Source: Hamiltosporidium tvaerminnensis FI-OER-3-3 (lineage: Eukaryota; Fungi; Microsporidia). Taken from it: a stretch of 64,000 bases of DNA. The translations under genes were made by a program, and so were the position numbers. This document shows positions 11,598 to 25,144 of this stretch, in pieces (position 1 is the stretch's first letter; each line of letters starts with the position of its first letter). The stretch lies in NCBI GenBank assembly GCA_022605425.2, contig JAKIMF020000004.1:992001-1056000 (forward strand), read 5' to 3'. Under the pieces are notes generated by a model. It saw only the letters and a program-made list of their open reading frames with translations. It was not told the origin of the DNA and did no database searches.

Positions 11598-14500
11598 TTT
11601 TATTTAATAAAATTCTGGATTAAAAGATTTTTACAATTTTTTTTATGTTTTCTTCTACCTCTTTAACCACTGCTGCCGCTTCTTCCAAATCCGACTCTTC
11701 ATTTATGTTATTGGTCGGTTCCTCTAAAGTGGTTCCTCCTTGTGAAATAAGGGGTGTATTATTTTTTGTTTTGAAATTTTAACACCATCTTCCTCTCTTT
11801 TCGCTTCTTTTAAAGGGGGTATTGGTTCCTCATGCATCTCTGATCTCATAATAACACCCATTGACGCTCTCTCCCAGCTCTCTTCGGCATTTAGTTCTGA
11901 CTCAAGTCCTCTTCGTCGATCAAAGGAAATTGTTTCGACTGTTTTCTTAAGTACTATAGACTGAATGTATGCCTCTACATTCATGGGTATTTCTAGTCTT
12001 TTAGGATGAAATTTATGGTATTTTGTCACAATACCGTCCCAGGTCATCATATAAGAGATTATCTCAACACTACACTTATAAATAAGACCCAAATCATTGG
12101 CTAGCAGGTCATACTTCCTAAGTTTTTCAGTTTCAACTATTTGAAGTGAATCTTGGGAAGTGATTCCTACTTCAATGAGTTTTTATCTCAATATTTTTCC
12201 TGTCTAAAATAAATATGTCCGGTCTGTTATTCCGAATTTTAACATCAGTTTTAATTCTGGTGTCCACTCTTATCTCTGCATACTCATTATCAAGAATTTC
12301 TTGAACTGAGTGGCTCCTTATTCGTTTTGAAGACTTAAACTTATATCTATTTAGAAGGAGAAGGTGTAGGCATCTAACCACTTCATTATGCCGTCTAGTG
12401 TAATCATGGCCTAGCATTTTTTCACATCTAGTTGCTAGATGATCCACAGTCTTACCAGACTATTCGCAATGTTGACACATATCATCTGCTCCCCAGAATA
12501 CATTTCTATCCTGGATATAGCAGAACACTACTTCATCACGCGGCCTAATATTTCCTCTCTTTAACCATATTGACGAGTCAATAACACTCACAAGCTCATT
12601 TTTTCTTGCATTATATAACTTTGAATGGAGTTTTCGTTTTTCTATTTCGTTATATAGTTTTGCAAGTTGAGCTTCTTCTAAACTTTTCTTAGTGACTTCT
12701 TCTACCAACCTGTACTTTACTTTTAAGAAGCCTTTTATTAGTGCAAGATGGGTTTTATTATTATTCTCTACCTTGAGGATTGCTGCTCGTCTAGTTGATA
12801 TTTCTTTACTTTTTTCCAGACAATCCAAGAGTTGCAGAAGCATATGTTCGCTTCGCAACTCAACACTATGTAGGCCTCTTCCAAGTTCTGCTCTAGGAAG
12901 GTATAAACGCTCTTTACATCCTGGGCGGAGATGTATCTTATTCTTCACCAACACCGCACGCACAGCATCATCTAACTTAGAGAAGTCAGCTGGTTCAAGT
13001 CGAAGTACTCCTATGTGGTAGTTGATTAACGATATCGCATGTTGATTGATTGCATAATAAATTTTTTGCATTTAATCTAGTGGACAAAGTCTTTCAACTC
13101 TTGATAGAAGTTTGCTTTGTACTTCTTCAAATGAGCTACGTGTTGGAATTCCTCTGCTTTCTTCTATTATTCCTAAATATTTGTAAACACTAACAGCTTC
13201 TATAAGAGTAGCAGTGTCTTCACAACACGTATCATTTGTGGCTGACTTCTCTTTGTTTATCTCTAAGCCAATCCCCTCTAAAAATTCCTTTGCCTCGCCT
13301 GTCATAGTACTCAATGTGGAGCTGTCTTTTGCAAGGAGCCTAAGATCATCAATAAACAAGAAATTATAAGTAGAATGGGATTCTGCATCTGTTTGTACTG
13401 TAATTTTGTGTATTTTTCATTAAGCTTTCGGCTTAATGGATCCATACACAGCACAAATAACAAAGGTGACAGACTATCTCCTTGTAGAATTCCTCTATCA
13501 ATCTTCTTGCTCATGATTTTTTCAGGCCCTACTGATATATCAATTTTCCATTTTGATATAATTACCTTAATAAATTTCAGGATCCAATCAGGTAAATTAA
13601 GGTTTTCAATGCATTGAGTTAAATAAGCATGATCTATTGAATCATAAGCTTTTTTAACATCAATCCATGTTGCCTTAAGATTATTTCCATACTCTTTATT
13701 TAAGGCAATATTTAGTAGAGCCTGCTCTTTCGCTCCCTGCACACCTCTAACTGCTCCCATTTGGTTTTTCGCAAGCAACTTTCGCCTTTCCACTTCAAGT
13801 GCAACGACTTTCGTTACACACTTTATCGTTAATTTGTAGAGGTTGGACATACAAGTGATTGGCCTGTAGTCAGAGTCTCTTTGTGGAATTCCTTTCGGTA
13901 TCAAATACGTAAGCCCGCAGTAAAAACAATCAGCTTGAGTTGTTCCTTCTAAACATATAACTTTCACAATATCATAAATATATTTGTGAAGAGTTGTAAG
14001 TTTCTTAATGAAAAAATTGTAAATACCATCAATTCCAGCAGCTTTCCAATTGGGAAGCCAATTAATGATATTTAATAATTCATCAAGTGAAGGAAACGTG
14101 GTCGGATGATTATCTGATACAAATGGAATCAAATAATCCTCATAAGTGACTGTGTCATCATTTTTGTTCCACATTGTAGACCAAAAACTCACAATTTCAT
14201 CACGACTAACCACATGCTCGGATTCCACACGCTCAGATAACCTACGATAAAATCGACCTTGCAAAAACTCAAACATACGATTCTCTTTTCGGAATTGCTT
14301 CCTACTTTCATGCATCGTAATTTTTTTCTCATACACATTCAAAGACTCATTCTTCTTAACTAAAGCCTCAGAAAGATTAGTTACACTGCTCAAGTTTAAA
14401 TTAAGCTCTCGCATTATTTTCTTAAGGCTCTTCGTTTATGAAGTGGAGAGCTTTTCCTGCTTACGAGCCTTCTAGAGAAGATATTTGGAAAGTACTAACT

Positions 14501-15401
14501 TAGAAATTTTACTTTCTATGTTTTCCTTCCAAGCGGATCTAGGCTTCTCTTTACGTGTTGCCTCGTCGTAGCATATCTGCGCAGCTTGCATGATATACGC
14601 GGCTTCCGTAATTGAATCGGGTACATGAGCTCCTGCATATTCACCGACTACTCGATTAATGAGATCCAGAACTTTACTATCAACCAATTCATTTGGATGT
14701 TTTCTAGTTCGGACCACCACTTTTCCAATTTCCTTCATCGAGATTTCTTTGATTTTACTCAAGAATTTATCTCTCAGGTTTATGTACTCCGTGGTGTCGG
14801 TCAAGGTGCATGTATCAGCGAGACAAGTGGCGATTCTACGTCGCTCTCCATTCTCTTCTGATTTTACTTCCTTTCCCATCTCACTTTGTGCCAATTTTTT
14901 TAACACTTTAAGAGTTCCAGTGCAGCCGAATTTCTCATTATAGTACCTGTGAAGTTCTGTCCAGCCATTTCTTGGCCTTCTTTCAAACCTTGTCTGTACT
15001 GCAAAAAAAAACAATTCGAGGCCATTCCTTCGGGTCGGCTGTTACGGAATCGAATATCGTCTGCAATGCCATTAGCCTGTTACCTTCCAGAATAGCTAGA
15101 GTACAGGGACTGGTCATGTCGTACGATGGCTCGCACGCAGAAACTTCAACCGAAGAGGGAACTGGTGATTTAGGCGAAGGTAAGGTGTCAAACCCACTAT
15201 TTTGCATTTTACTGCATGTTTGGCTTGGTGGTGGAGGTGTTATTATTGTGTAGGTGGAGGAAGGTAGGGAAATCGCCGGTGGGTGTAGCTTACATTTTTG
15301 TACCTCATTATCACTCTTCTTCACCTCATCAGCCTCGTTTGCAGCCTTTATTTTGGTATTTTTCGATATTTCGCTGCTAACATTTTTCTTTCTACCCATA
15401 T
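11598..15401 (-). mobile_element. Near full-length R4/Dong-type non-LTR retrotransposon (single ORF with RT, CCHC knuckle and REL endonuclease), inactivated by stops and frameshifts
   Basis: Consecutive minus ORFs 15399 to 11724 carry YRPITC, WIDVKKAYDS, GILQGDSLSP, FIDD, YKYLGI, CQHC..DHLATRC and RPDI..IEVG. 13-bp TSD AAGGAAGAATAAA (11585-11597 and 15402-15414). Confidence 0.95.
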
Positions 15402-15769
15402 AAGGAAGAATAAAAAAAAATGAATTGTTTTATTAAATTTATTTCAATTTTGCCTTTAAATTTTAAACTTTATTTGAAGCTGTTTCTCTTATAACATCCA
15501 GCAAAGATTTTGACTAAAATAAATAAATAAATTTATTTTATCAAACCTCTTTTTAAATGGCTTCGTTCGTTGGAAAAATATTGAATTTTTAGAAAAATTT
15601 CTATTAATAAACGGGACTTATAGGATTTCGGAGTCAGAAGAGGCACGGACTTTATTAATTGATGCTTTATGGATCATTATTTTTTATTTTTATTTTTTAA
15701 ATTACTTCTATTTTTTAATCTTAAACGAATAATTGAAATTACTAGAACGATATTATTTTTTAAAAAAAT

Positions 15770-18700
15770 ATTAATGAATTTCAGGGTTAAAACTTCTTTA
15801 TTACTTTTATAAATTTCCTTCTACCTCTTTAACCACCCTTTTTTTTCTTCAAAATCCGAACTCTATATTTATGTTTTTTGTAGGTTTTCAAATGCGGTTT
15901 TTTCTTGTGAAATAAGAAGTTAAGTATTTTTTTGTTTTAAAAAAATTAACCTCATCTTCCTAGTTACTAGCTTGGTTTAACCGGTGTGCTAATTGCTCGT
16001 GCATCTCAGTTCCCTTAATAGCATCCATTGCCCCTCTTTGAAACCCTCTTCGGAATTTGGTCCTGACCCGAGTCCTCTTCTTTCAGATCAATGAAATATG
16101 TTTCGACCGTCTTCTTAGTACGATCGACTGAATTTTAGCCTATGTAGTTATGGTTTATAGCAATCTTTTGAGGTATAACTTAGGGTATTTGTCACAATAC
16201 ATACAGTTCCAGGTCATTACATAAAATTATTATTTCAACACTCACTATTAATAAGAGTTAATTCATAGGATAGCAGGTTATACTTCCTAAGTTTTACAGG
16301 TCCAATTATAGAAGTATATCTTGGAAAGTAATTCGTACTCCAAGGAGTGATATCTAATTCTGACCCTTACCTAAAACAAATATATCGGTTATATTATTCT
16401 CGAATCGAAAAATCGGTGTTATATCTAGTGTTTCTCATCCTCACATGTTGTTTTTAGAGAATTATTGAACTGATCGACTCTTAATTTGTTTTTAGACTTA
16501 AACTTATGATTTTAAAAAAGAGTAGAAAAAAATCGAAAAACTTCATTATGCTATGTGATGTAGTCCCCACCGAGGATTTTATCTACATCGAGTCGCTATA
16601 ATGTAATGTTTTTTTAGACTAGTGCGGTATTAATATATCCCATGTCATCCAGAATACATTTATATCCTGGTAATAGCAGAACACTGCTTCCTCGATCTGT
16701 TTCACGCTTCTCTTATTTAGCCAGGAGGAAGATTCAAAACACATATGGTTTTTCTAGGTTATAAACTCGTACATAAGTTTTTTTTTCTATTTGTTAAATA
16801 ATTTTGCAAGCTATGTCCACTTTAAATCTTCCTAATTACCGCATATTCCCGCTTCTATTTTACTTTTTGAACCCATATATATGTTTCGAGGCCAGTACCG
16901 TTTGTATTCTTTATATCTTGGAAGTCTGATCGTCGATTGGATATTTCTTAGCTTTTTTCCAAACAAACTTAAATTTACAGATGCATAATTTTGCTTCGCA
17001 CCCAACACCATGTTTTTCTCTTTTAAGTATTTTTCTGATGTAATAAACGTTCTTGTCATCTTGAGCTAGGACGTACTTATTTTTGACAACACTTCCCGCA
17101 TCAATCATCTAATTTACAGAAGTCGGCTTGTCAAGTCAAAGTTATACCCCGAGTTTAAGTTAATAAACGATAGCATTTTTGCGCAATTTTCTAAAACGTA
17201 TCCTTTGCGTTTAGTCTAATTTGCAAAGTCTTTCAAATCCCAATAACGGTTTGCTTTGTACTTCTTTGCACGAGTTAAAGTCAATTACCTCAGCTATTTT
17301 CTAGTATCGGCAGATATTTATTAAATTAAACTTTCTTGAAGAATAGCAGTATATTTGGAACACGTATAACTTCGGGTCAAGTTCTATTTTTTATCTTTAA
17401 CTCAATAGCTTTTAATTCTTGCTCTTTCCCGTTATAGTTTTCGATTTAAAATGGTCTATCAAAGAGCTTAAGATCTTAAAGAAAACGTAATATGTAGAAT
17501 TAGAATTTAATCATAATGTATATTCTTTTGTATGTTTTTCGTTAAGTTTGCACCTAATAAATCCATACACAAAACGAAAAGAAAAAGCTAAAAACGATTT
17601 TTTGTAGCATTCCTCTCTGGATTTATTTGTTTTGTATTTTAGTAGGCCCTAATCAAATATAAATAAAATTCAAATTTAGAAGCTGCAAATAATCCCAGTA
17701 TTCAATCGAGTAAATTAGAGTTTCCGGTAAAATGAGCAAAAAAACAGGAAATAGTGAATCTAAGCTTCTTTTTAATTAAATATAAGTAGCTTTTTGGATT
17801 ATTTACGAGTTCTTTGTTAAGAGCAACACTCGGTGGTGTCTGATTTTTTGATTCATAAACACATACAATTCCGTAAAATTGATTGTTTCTTGTAATACTT
17901 GTTTCTAGCATTTAAGCAAGACCGATTTTGTAACACAATTTGCAGTTAAATCTTAAAGATGGAACATAACGGAAGGGGCTTGTAGTTTTAGTCGCTTCAC
18001 GGAATATCTTTCGGGTTTTATTATGCTTGCTAGCATAGAGTTAATCAGCCCGGGCAGTACTTTTTAAAGATATGACCATCATAATCTAATAGAGACATAT
18101 CTAAAGAGTTGTAAGTTTCTTGATATAGAATTTTAAATACTTCGAATTTCAGCGGCTTTCCAAGTGATAAGCCAATTAATGTTACTTAGAACTCATAAAC
18201 TCACGAAAACAAAAAAAGAAGATCATATGGTGCAAATAAAATCAAATAATCGTTATACGTAACTGTGTCATCATGTTTTTTTTAACGCAATTTTAGACCA
18301 ATACTCTCATTTATATTAGGACCCACGATAACATCTAATGCAACAAGATACGCTATCTAACAATAAAATCGAACTCATTAACAGCTTAAACCCACGATTT
18401 CTTTTAGAATTACATCATACTTTTATACATATAAGATTTTGGAATAGAAATCCGAAGACTCATTATTGTTTACCTAAGCTTCGGAACAATCATTTATACT
18501 CTCAAGTTTGGATAAACTCTGGATTGGAATTTTTTAATTTTCCGTTTTGATAGCCGGTGATCTTTTCCTGGTACAGCCTCTCGGGATCTTTGGAAAGTAT
18601 AAACTTAAAAATTATATCCTTATGTTTTCAATGCAAGTGGATCTAGGTTTCATTTTATGTTTTTTTTAGTAATACTATACCAGCACGCATGTATAATACA

Positions 18701-19465
18701 CGGCATCCGTATTTGCCCCAGATATATGCGTCTTAGCGTGATAGGTGACTATTAGGATTTATGATGTCAAGAACTTTACTGACAGTTAATTCATTTGGGT
18801 GTTTCCGAGTTCGAACACCACTTATCCAATTTGATTCACCAAGATTGCCATGGTTTATATAAAAAAGTATCTCTCGGGTGTATGCACGTAGTGGTTCGAC
18901 CAGTGAACAGCGTTAGAGATATAAGGGTAATTCAAGTTTATTTCCATCGTTTTCTTGTTTTAATTCCCCTACAACCTAGTATTTTTTTTATCAGCTCGAG
19001 GTTCCAACGCAACCAAATTCCTCATTGTAGTACCTTTGAAGCACTGTCCAGTCATATAGAGGCATTTCTTCAACCCATTTGTATTGCAAAAAGAAAATTA
19101 TAGGCCATCTGTGATGTAGCTGTTACGGATAAAATATTCGTCGTAGTCTATTGGCCTGTTATTTTATGGAAAAGCTATAGCCCAGTTATCTGTCATGTCG
19201 TACGATGTTTGTCAGTAGAGATTTTAACCGAAAAAGAGGTGGTGTATTAGGAAGAAAAACGTGTTAAAATAACTAGTTTGTACGTTATTGCATATTTGGC
19301 TTGAATGCGGAAGTGCTTTTGTTGCATACTAAAGGTAAAGATGGGGATCCGATGGTAAGTGTTATTTACATTTTTGCACCAGTTTTACTATTATTCATCT
19401 TATCGGTGTCGTTTGTTACCCTTATTTAATTTTTTTTTGTTTTTTGCTACCAAATATTTTTCTGT
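15770..19465 (-). mobile_element. Second, heavily decayed full-length R4/Dong-type copy, head-to-tail with the first
   Basis: Collinear nucleotide similarity with 11600-15400 (e.g. TTCTACCTCTTTAACCAC, GTTTGCTTTGTACTTCTT, GTCATGTCGTACGATG). Confidence 0.88.
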
Positions 19466-19515
19466 ATATTTATCTTATGAAAAGTATCAGATTTATTTGG
19501 GCAATGTTTTTTTGC

Positions 19516-19743
19516 TTCCCCACTATGCTGGAAGTAGAATTGGCTTGGAGTATGCTCTGCTTGTCGTAAGAGCCGACTAAAAAAGACTGATCCCCATGTT
19601 GGGGTTGGGCGTAGGGCTAACAACCTTCCCTTTAAAACAATCTTGTTACGAAACCCGATAAGTAAACGAATCCACTAAAAAACCGGTAGCCTGCATTACT
19701 ATGGGAGACCAAGGCTCGCACAGGGCCGGAGTGCTGAGGATGA
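19516..19743 (+). mobile_element. ~230-bp bipartite RTE-derived SINE-like element, copy 1
   Basis: Matches 61538-61777 (minus). Contains TCTGCTTGTCGTAAGAG.CGACTAA, the RTE 5'UTR-type motif GGGTTGGGCGTAGGGCTAACAACC...TGTTACGAAACC, and an RTE-like 3' end. Confidence 0.8.
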
Positions 19744-22700
19744 AAGGTTGAAAGTCTTTTGCATTTGAATCTAATATTTTGTGTTATCTGTAAAAAATTG
19801 TATACTGACATTTATTAAATTATGCAATATCATACTAAGTTTATATATTATGCTTTTGATTGTTCTAAGAATATAGCAGTATGATTAACATTTCCCTCAT
19901 AACCATCTTTAAATTTAGCCTAAAAAATTTTCCAAGAGAATTAATTTATGAAATTTTGTATTTCTTTTAAATTTAAGGATCGTTTTATTTAATATGGGTT
20001 CCTACTTGCCACATTGAAAGAACATTCTAGATCGTAAAATATGCCTGAAATGGTCAATTTTACATCAGTATATATTATATCAAGATATAATATCATTGTT
20101 TTGTTTAATGAAGGCGATGATTTATAGTACATATTGAGTTATTTTTAGATATAATTTGTTCGGTTTTCAAAAGCGTTATTGTGGTTTATAAAATAATTTA
20201 TTTAAATTTTATAAGCCGATTCTGAGTCAGTTTCTTGGTGGTTGCACAAATATAACAATTTAGACAGCGCTATAGATAATTTAAAAAGCCAGATGAAATT
20301 TTTGCACCCTATGTACATGCTTATGATAGCAGTATATGTGTTCATTTTTAACATATATTTTCCTAATTAAAAATCTATTTCTTTTTAGTCGCAAAAAAAC
20401 TAATTTAGTTGAAGTTTCAACTAAATTTATTGCGTAAAACATGTTTTGTTCAAACTACAAATTTAAATATAATAAATATGTTTTTTAGTTGTTCATTCAT
20501 AATTATATCCAAGCTAAGACTTATACAAATGTAGATCATAATTCCTTTAAAATGAAAAAAGTCTTGCAAAGAGTATTCGATGAAAATCTCAAAACAAATA
20601 ATAGATCATTTTCTTTCTTACCTTGTCACTTTCTTAATTTATTGTTATCAAGAACAATTAAATTATTTTAAACCAAAAATTGAATAGTTCTATAAATATG
20701 CATTACAAAAAGTGCTTTTTGAATTTGATGAATCTATATATAGCGAGAGTGAATCAAGCTGATATTGTGGGGAGAAATTTCTGAGTATTTTTTTCTAAAC
20801 TATATTTTATTCTAGAATCTTAGAACCACAATTTAACGTAATTAATTTAAAATATATTTACAATCCGACCTTAATTTTGGCAAAAAAAGTATTTATAGAT
20901 TCGATCTTATAAATAATGTTTGTTCTATTGTCTCTTGAACTAACATCGTTTGAATATTTTAATAAAATTTAGATATATTTAGACTCATTTATTGAATATC
21001 TCTTCATTTCTTAAAGATGGTTTGGTCGATAGAGTTCTTATATAATATTTTTTTAGGTGCTTAAACTCAATTTCATTACGTAATACTTTTTTAAGTTTAC
21101 ATCATATATATTCATGTTTTTGTTACGTATTTTTGTTACAATTGCTGCTGTCTGTTTTTTTATTTTATCAGAATAATGTTCTGGAATCTTTCTCTGAATT
21201 TTAGATGTTTTTGAAAAATATCTCTGCTAAAAAAATACTATTTTACACAGTAATTTTGATTTTATTTCTGTGGCTCTCCGAAAACACGAATTTACGTTAA
21301 TTATAGTTTTAAACATTATTCAAAAACGACACAAAAACATGGCTTAGGTATTTTAAATGTATTAAGTCTCTTTGGTTTATACTTAACTTTTTTTATAAGA
21401 TTCATTGTGAAAATTTTAACATTTATTCTAAGAGCTCAAAAGGAAATTTTTCAAAATATAATTCAAGCTACAATTAAATTTTTGAATGCAGATTCTATCT
21501 CATAGTCCGTCATCTTTTTTACGTAAAACTAAAAAACTGATTTTAATTGTGAGATTAATCTATATCTTTGTAAGTAATTACATTCAAAAAAAACATTTAT
21601 CAAGATTATAGAATTGAATTCAATTTGTTGGGTTCAAGATAACACAATATTTTATAATAATAGAATTGAAATTTTTAAAAATAGTTTTTTTAATGTAAAT
21701 TTTTACTGTTAACTCCATAAATATTATCTTGGTGTTTAATATTTTATTATTGAATACCTATTAATATCATAATTTAAAACTCAATTTTTAAGTAGCGAAA
21801 ATTGTGTTTTAAACACGGAAATTAATAAAGATTAAAAAATAAATATTTTTTTTCTAAAATGTTAGATGTTTCTACAACTTTGGGTAAATGATTTTTTTTT
21901 CAAAGTATCTTCGGCTTAAACCCGAATCGTAGAATATAAAGCTTCTTTGCAAGTCCAAATAATAGCAACTGATACCAAAAGAGATTTATTTTACCCAAAA
22001 CCTAATTTACAAATAATTTATTTATGTAGTGGCTTCTTTTGTGCATTTTAAAACATTTAAACGGTTTTTTCATCCAACTAAAAAATCTACACTTTCATAC
22101 TGGTTTTTCAAGAAAATTCAATTTTTGTGCCTATTTAAGAAAAGCCAATGAGTAATTACTTATGTGATTCTTTGTTTCTTAAATATAAATCACCCAATTT
22201 TTAACATTGATTAAGTATAAATGATCTATCTAGTGAGGTCCTATACTATTCTAAAATTTGTATTTCTGTTTTCAAAATGATTCTATATAACTTCAAAATA
22301 TCTTAAAATGTATCATGTTAATGCTGAAAACTATAAAATTGTTTAATAAAATTTTGTTTAAAATTTATTTGATACAAATTCATGCAATCGTTTGAGTAAT
22401 AATAATAGAATATATTTTTAAGGGTGCACTATAAGTCAATGTACTCTATACATTAAGATAGGCTGCGCAAATTTTATATTTATTCCTATTTAAGATTCTT
22501 TCAGATCCATAATCGCTAAATAAATCGCATTTTTGGTTTCGAACCTAGTTTATTATTTAATATATTTAATCCTAGGACATCAAATGAAAATAAAATCAAT
22601 TATTTTAAAAAGTTTCTTATGAGTTGATATTAATTTTATTAATATCATGAGTATTGTAGTTGATTAACTTTTTAACACATAAATTTTCTAAGTAAAAATC

Positions 22701-23119
22701 TAATATTTTTTTCTATTTCGTTTTTAATTTATTTAATATATAATTTTTTTTATGAAAATATGTGATATTACTTTTTCAGAAATACCATTATTATCCTTAA
22801 ATGTATCACAAAAGCATACTATTTAATTTTAATCAATTTGTTTAAAAATTTCTTTTCTTGGAAAATATCAGTAGTTTAAAAAAGAATAAAAAAAACCACA
22901 AAAAGTATGATCAAATATTTATTAGATTTAAGATATTCTGGATTGAAGGAATAAGTTTTTATGAATGATAAAACCTAAATATTTATTGATCAAAGGAACT
23001 TCAAAATGATTAGTAGAGTAAATATGTCATTTTAATATTATCTAGAATAATGAATCAAAATTTCAAAAATAGATAGAAGTAAATTTAAAAAGATAAGTAG
23101 AAATCTTTGCATTTATTTT

Positions 23120-23575
23120 TTAAAATGAAGCTATTTTTGGTATTTTTTTGTAAAATTTTTTCCCTTTATACTTTAAATCAGAATATTTCTCTTTGACTTT
23201 GTTCGCTATTTTTTTAGTAAAATATTTTTGTTTATCGTTATAAGAATCAATTTTATCCTCTAATTTATCCTTAAATTTATTTATTTTTCTATTTTGATCT
23301 TTCAGATGTGAAACCGATTTTTTTTGTTTAGATTTTTCATCTGGTTTGTTTTTGATTTCTGCGCCTCTTTTGGTAGGTTTAAATTTTGTGCTATTCATCG
23401 GTATATTGTATTTTTCTGCAATGTGTTGCGCAAATTCTTTTTGTTTATTTGCTTTTTGTTGTCGAGTTGTCGGGTTTCTACTTCGACTTATATCAGTTGC
23501 AACAAAGGAACAAATATGTTTTAAAAAAAATATAAAAAATATGTTAATATGATACATTCGATACAATTTGGACAT
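23120..23575 (-). CDS. Hypothetical Lys-rich protein with N-terminal hydrophobic (signal-like) segment
   Basis: 151-aa ATG ORF. Hydrophobic stretch IFFIFFLKHICS followed by a charged, coiled-coil-like body. Confidence 0.6.
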   Translation of the reverse strand: MSKLYRMYHINIFFIFFLKHICSFVATDISRSRNPTTRQQKANKQKEFAQHIAEKYNIPMNSTKFKPTKRGAEIKNKPDEKSKQKKSVSHLKDQNRKINKFKDKLEDKIDSYNDKQKYFTKKIANKVKEKYSDLKYKGKKFYKKIPKIASF

Positions 23576-24007
23576 GATTTTCTTAAATTTATAAAATATT
23601 GAAATTGATTTCTATTTAAAATTTTATTCTCCTTTAAAACAAAGTCAATTTATTTTTGAAATATTTCATTCGTAGTTTGATTTAAAATTAAATAAAAGGT
23701 AAATTAATTTTATGATTTCTCAAGAATCATAAATAATTTATCTCAGAAAAAAATATGCACTTAATCTTTATTCAGTAGAAATATAATACTGGTCATTTAG
23801 TTCAAACGATTTATTTTAAATTCGATAAAAAAAAGTGTAAATTATTTTTCATACTTAGATTTTTTATAATTGTTTTGATTCTGAATAAATCATGTTATTT
23901 TAAAACTGTTTAGCCAATTTTTATTCTGTATTTCAACTCAGAAATTTTAAATTGAAAATATATAATTTTTTTTACAAATTTGAAATTTTGATAAATGATA
24001 ACCCATT

Positions 24008-25144
24008 ATGGATTTCAAAAAAGAAATAGATTTATGCTTAGAAAACATCAAAGACAGGAAATGGATTAAGGAAAATAAAAAAAGAATGCGAATATTTTTT
24101 CTGAATAATAAAGAAGCATTAGACGAATTAAATTTAATGATAAATACACCAAGAAATTATTGTGTATTGCGGGTTTTTGAAAAACTAGAAATCCCTGTTC
24201 AAGAGAATGTATTAATTGATAGTCTAAACACACGAAATAATTTAAACCAATACATGTATGGGCTTATTTTCTACTTACATCAAAAAAAATTAATTTCCTC
24301 GGAATGTATGGATATTATTAAAGAAAAATTTAAGGAAGTAAAAAATTATGATGAAATAATGTCTGAAACAGAGAAAAGATGTATTCTTGAAAGAATAGAA
24401 AGTGATAGAATTAAATATAAAAAAGATAGAGAAATGAAACTAAAGGTTTACGATCGAGAAATTGAATTAAATAAATTATATAGAAAAACCGAAATATTGA
24501 ATGAAGAGGAAATATTAAATGCTAAGTGTATTTCTAAAAACTTAAAGATTTTATATATTTTAGATTTCGATTATATACTTTTCATGAAAGTTAATAATTT
24601 AGAAAGAAAATCTGATTACAATTTAATTAAAGATTCGATAAATAGCATGCAAAATATCTTAAAAACTATTTATGATGAAACATATGACAATTTATATGAA
24701 AAAAGGCTTGATTTGCAGAGGAAAGAATTCTTAAAATTGGTAAAAGAAAAATATGCAGAAAAATATATTGAAATGACAAACAAAAATTATTTTGATAGAT
24801 TTTTAGATAGGGATTTGTACATTGAAGCATGTAAAATCACCGATGTACAAATAAGTCGGGTGGTTTCTATATTAAGAAAACTATTTGAAAAAAGCCTAAA
24901 TTTTGTTTTAGTTACAAGCGCTACAATGTCACAAGTTTTAGCAGAAATGACTTTTTTTAGGATTGATTGTGAATTCTCTAAAAATGTAACTGTTTTTAGG
25001 GAGTTCGATAAATGTATAAATTCTTTTTATAAAGATTTTGATAAAATTATTTATTTCGGCTATCGTGATCATGATATCGGTAATTTTTTCTTTAAAGAAA
25101 ATCTTTATTTTTTTGAAAAAAGAATTTCTTGGGATAATAAATGA
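24008..25144 (+). CDS. 378-aa protein with a C-terminal Eyes-absent (EYA)-like HAD phosphatase domain
   Basis: CCC before ATG. Motifs in EYA order: ILYILDFDYIL (DxD), MQNILKTIYDE, ITDVQISRV, NFVLVTS...FFRID, IIYFG. The gene call is strong; the family assignment is by eye. Confidence 0.6.
   Translation: MDFKKEIDLCLENIKDRKWIKENKKRMRIFFLNNKEALDELNLMINTPRNYCVLRVFEKLEIPVQENVLIDSLNTRNNLNQYMYGLIFYLHQKKLISSECMDIIKEKFKEVKNYDEIMSETEKRCILERIESDRIKYKKDREMKLKVYDREIELNKLYRKTEILNEEEILNAKCISKNLKILYILDFDYILFMKVNNLERKSDYNLIKDSINSMQNILKTIYDETYDNLYEKRLDLQRKEFLKLVKEKYAEKYIEMTNKNYFDRFLDRDLYIEACKITDVQISRVVSILRKLFEKSLNFVLVTSATMSQVLAEMTFFRIDCEFSKNVTVFREFDKCINSFYKDFDKIIYFGYRDHDIGNFFFKENLYFFEKRISWDNK

Noticed and set aside
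12692-15253. Plus-strand ORFs antisense to the R4 element
   Set aside because: Shadow frames of the retrotransposon ORF.
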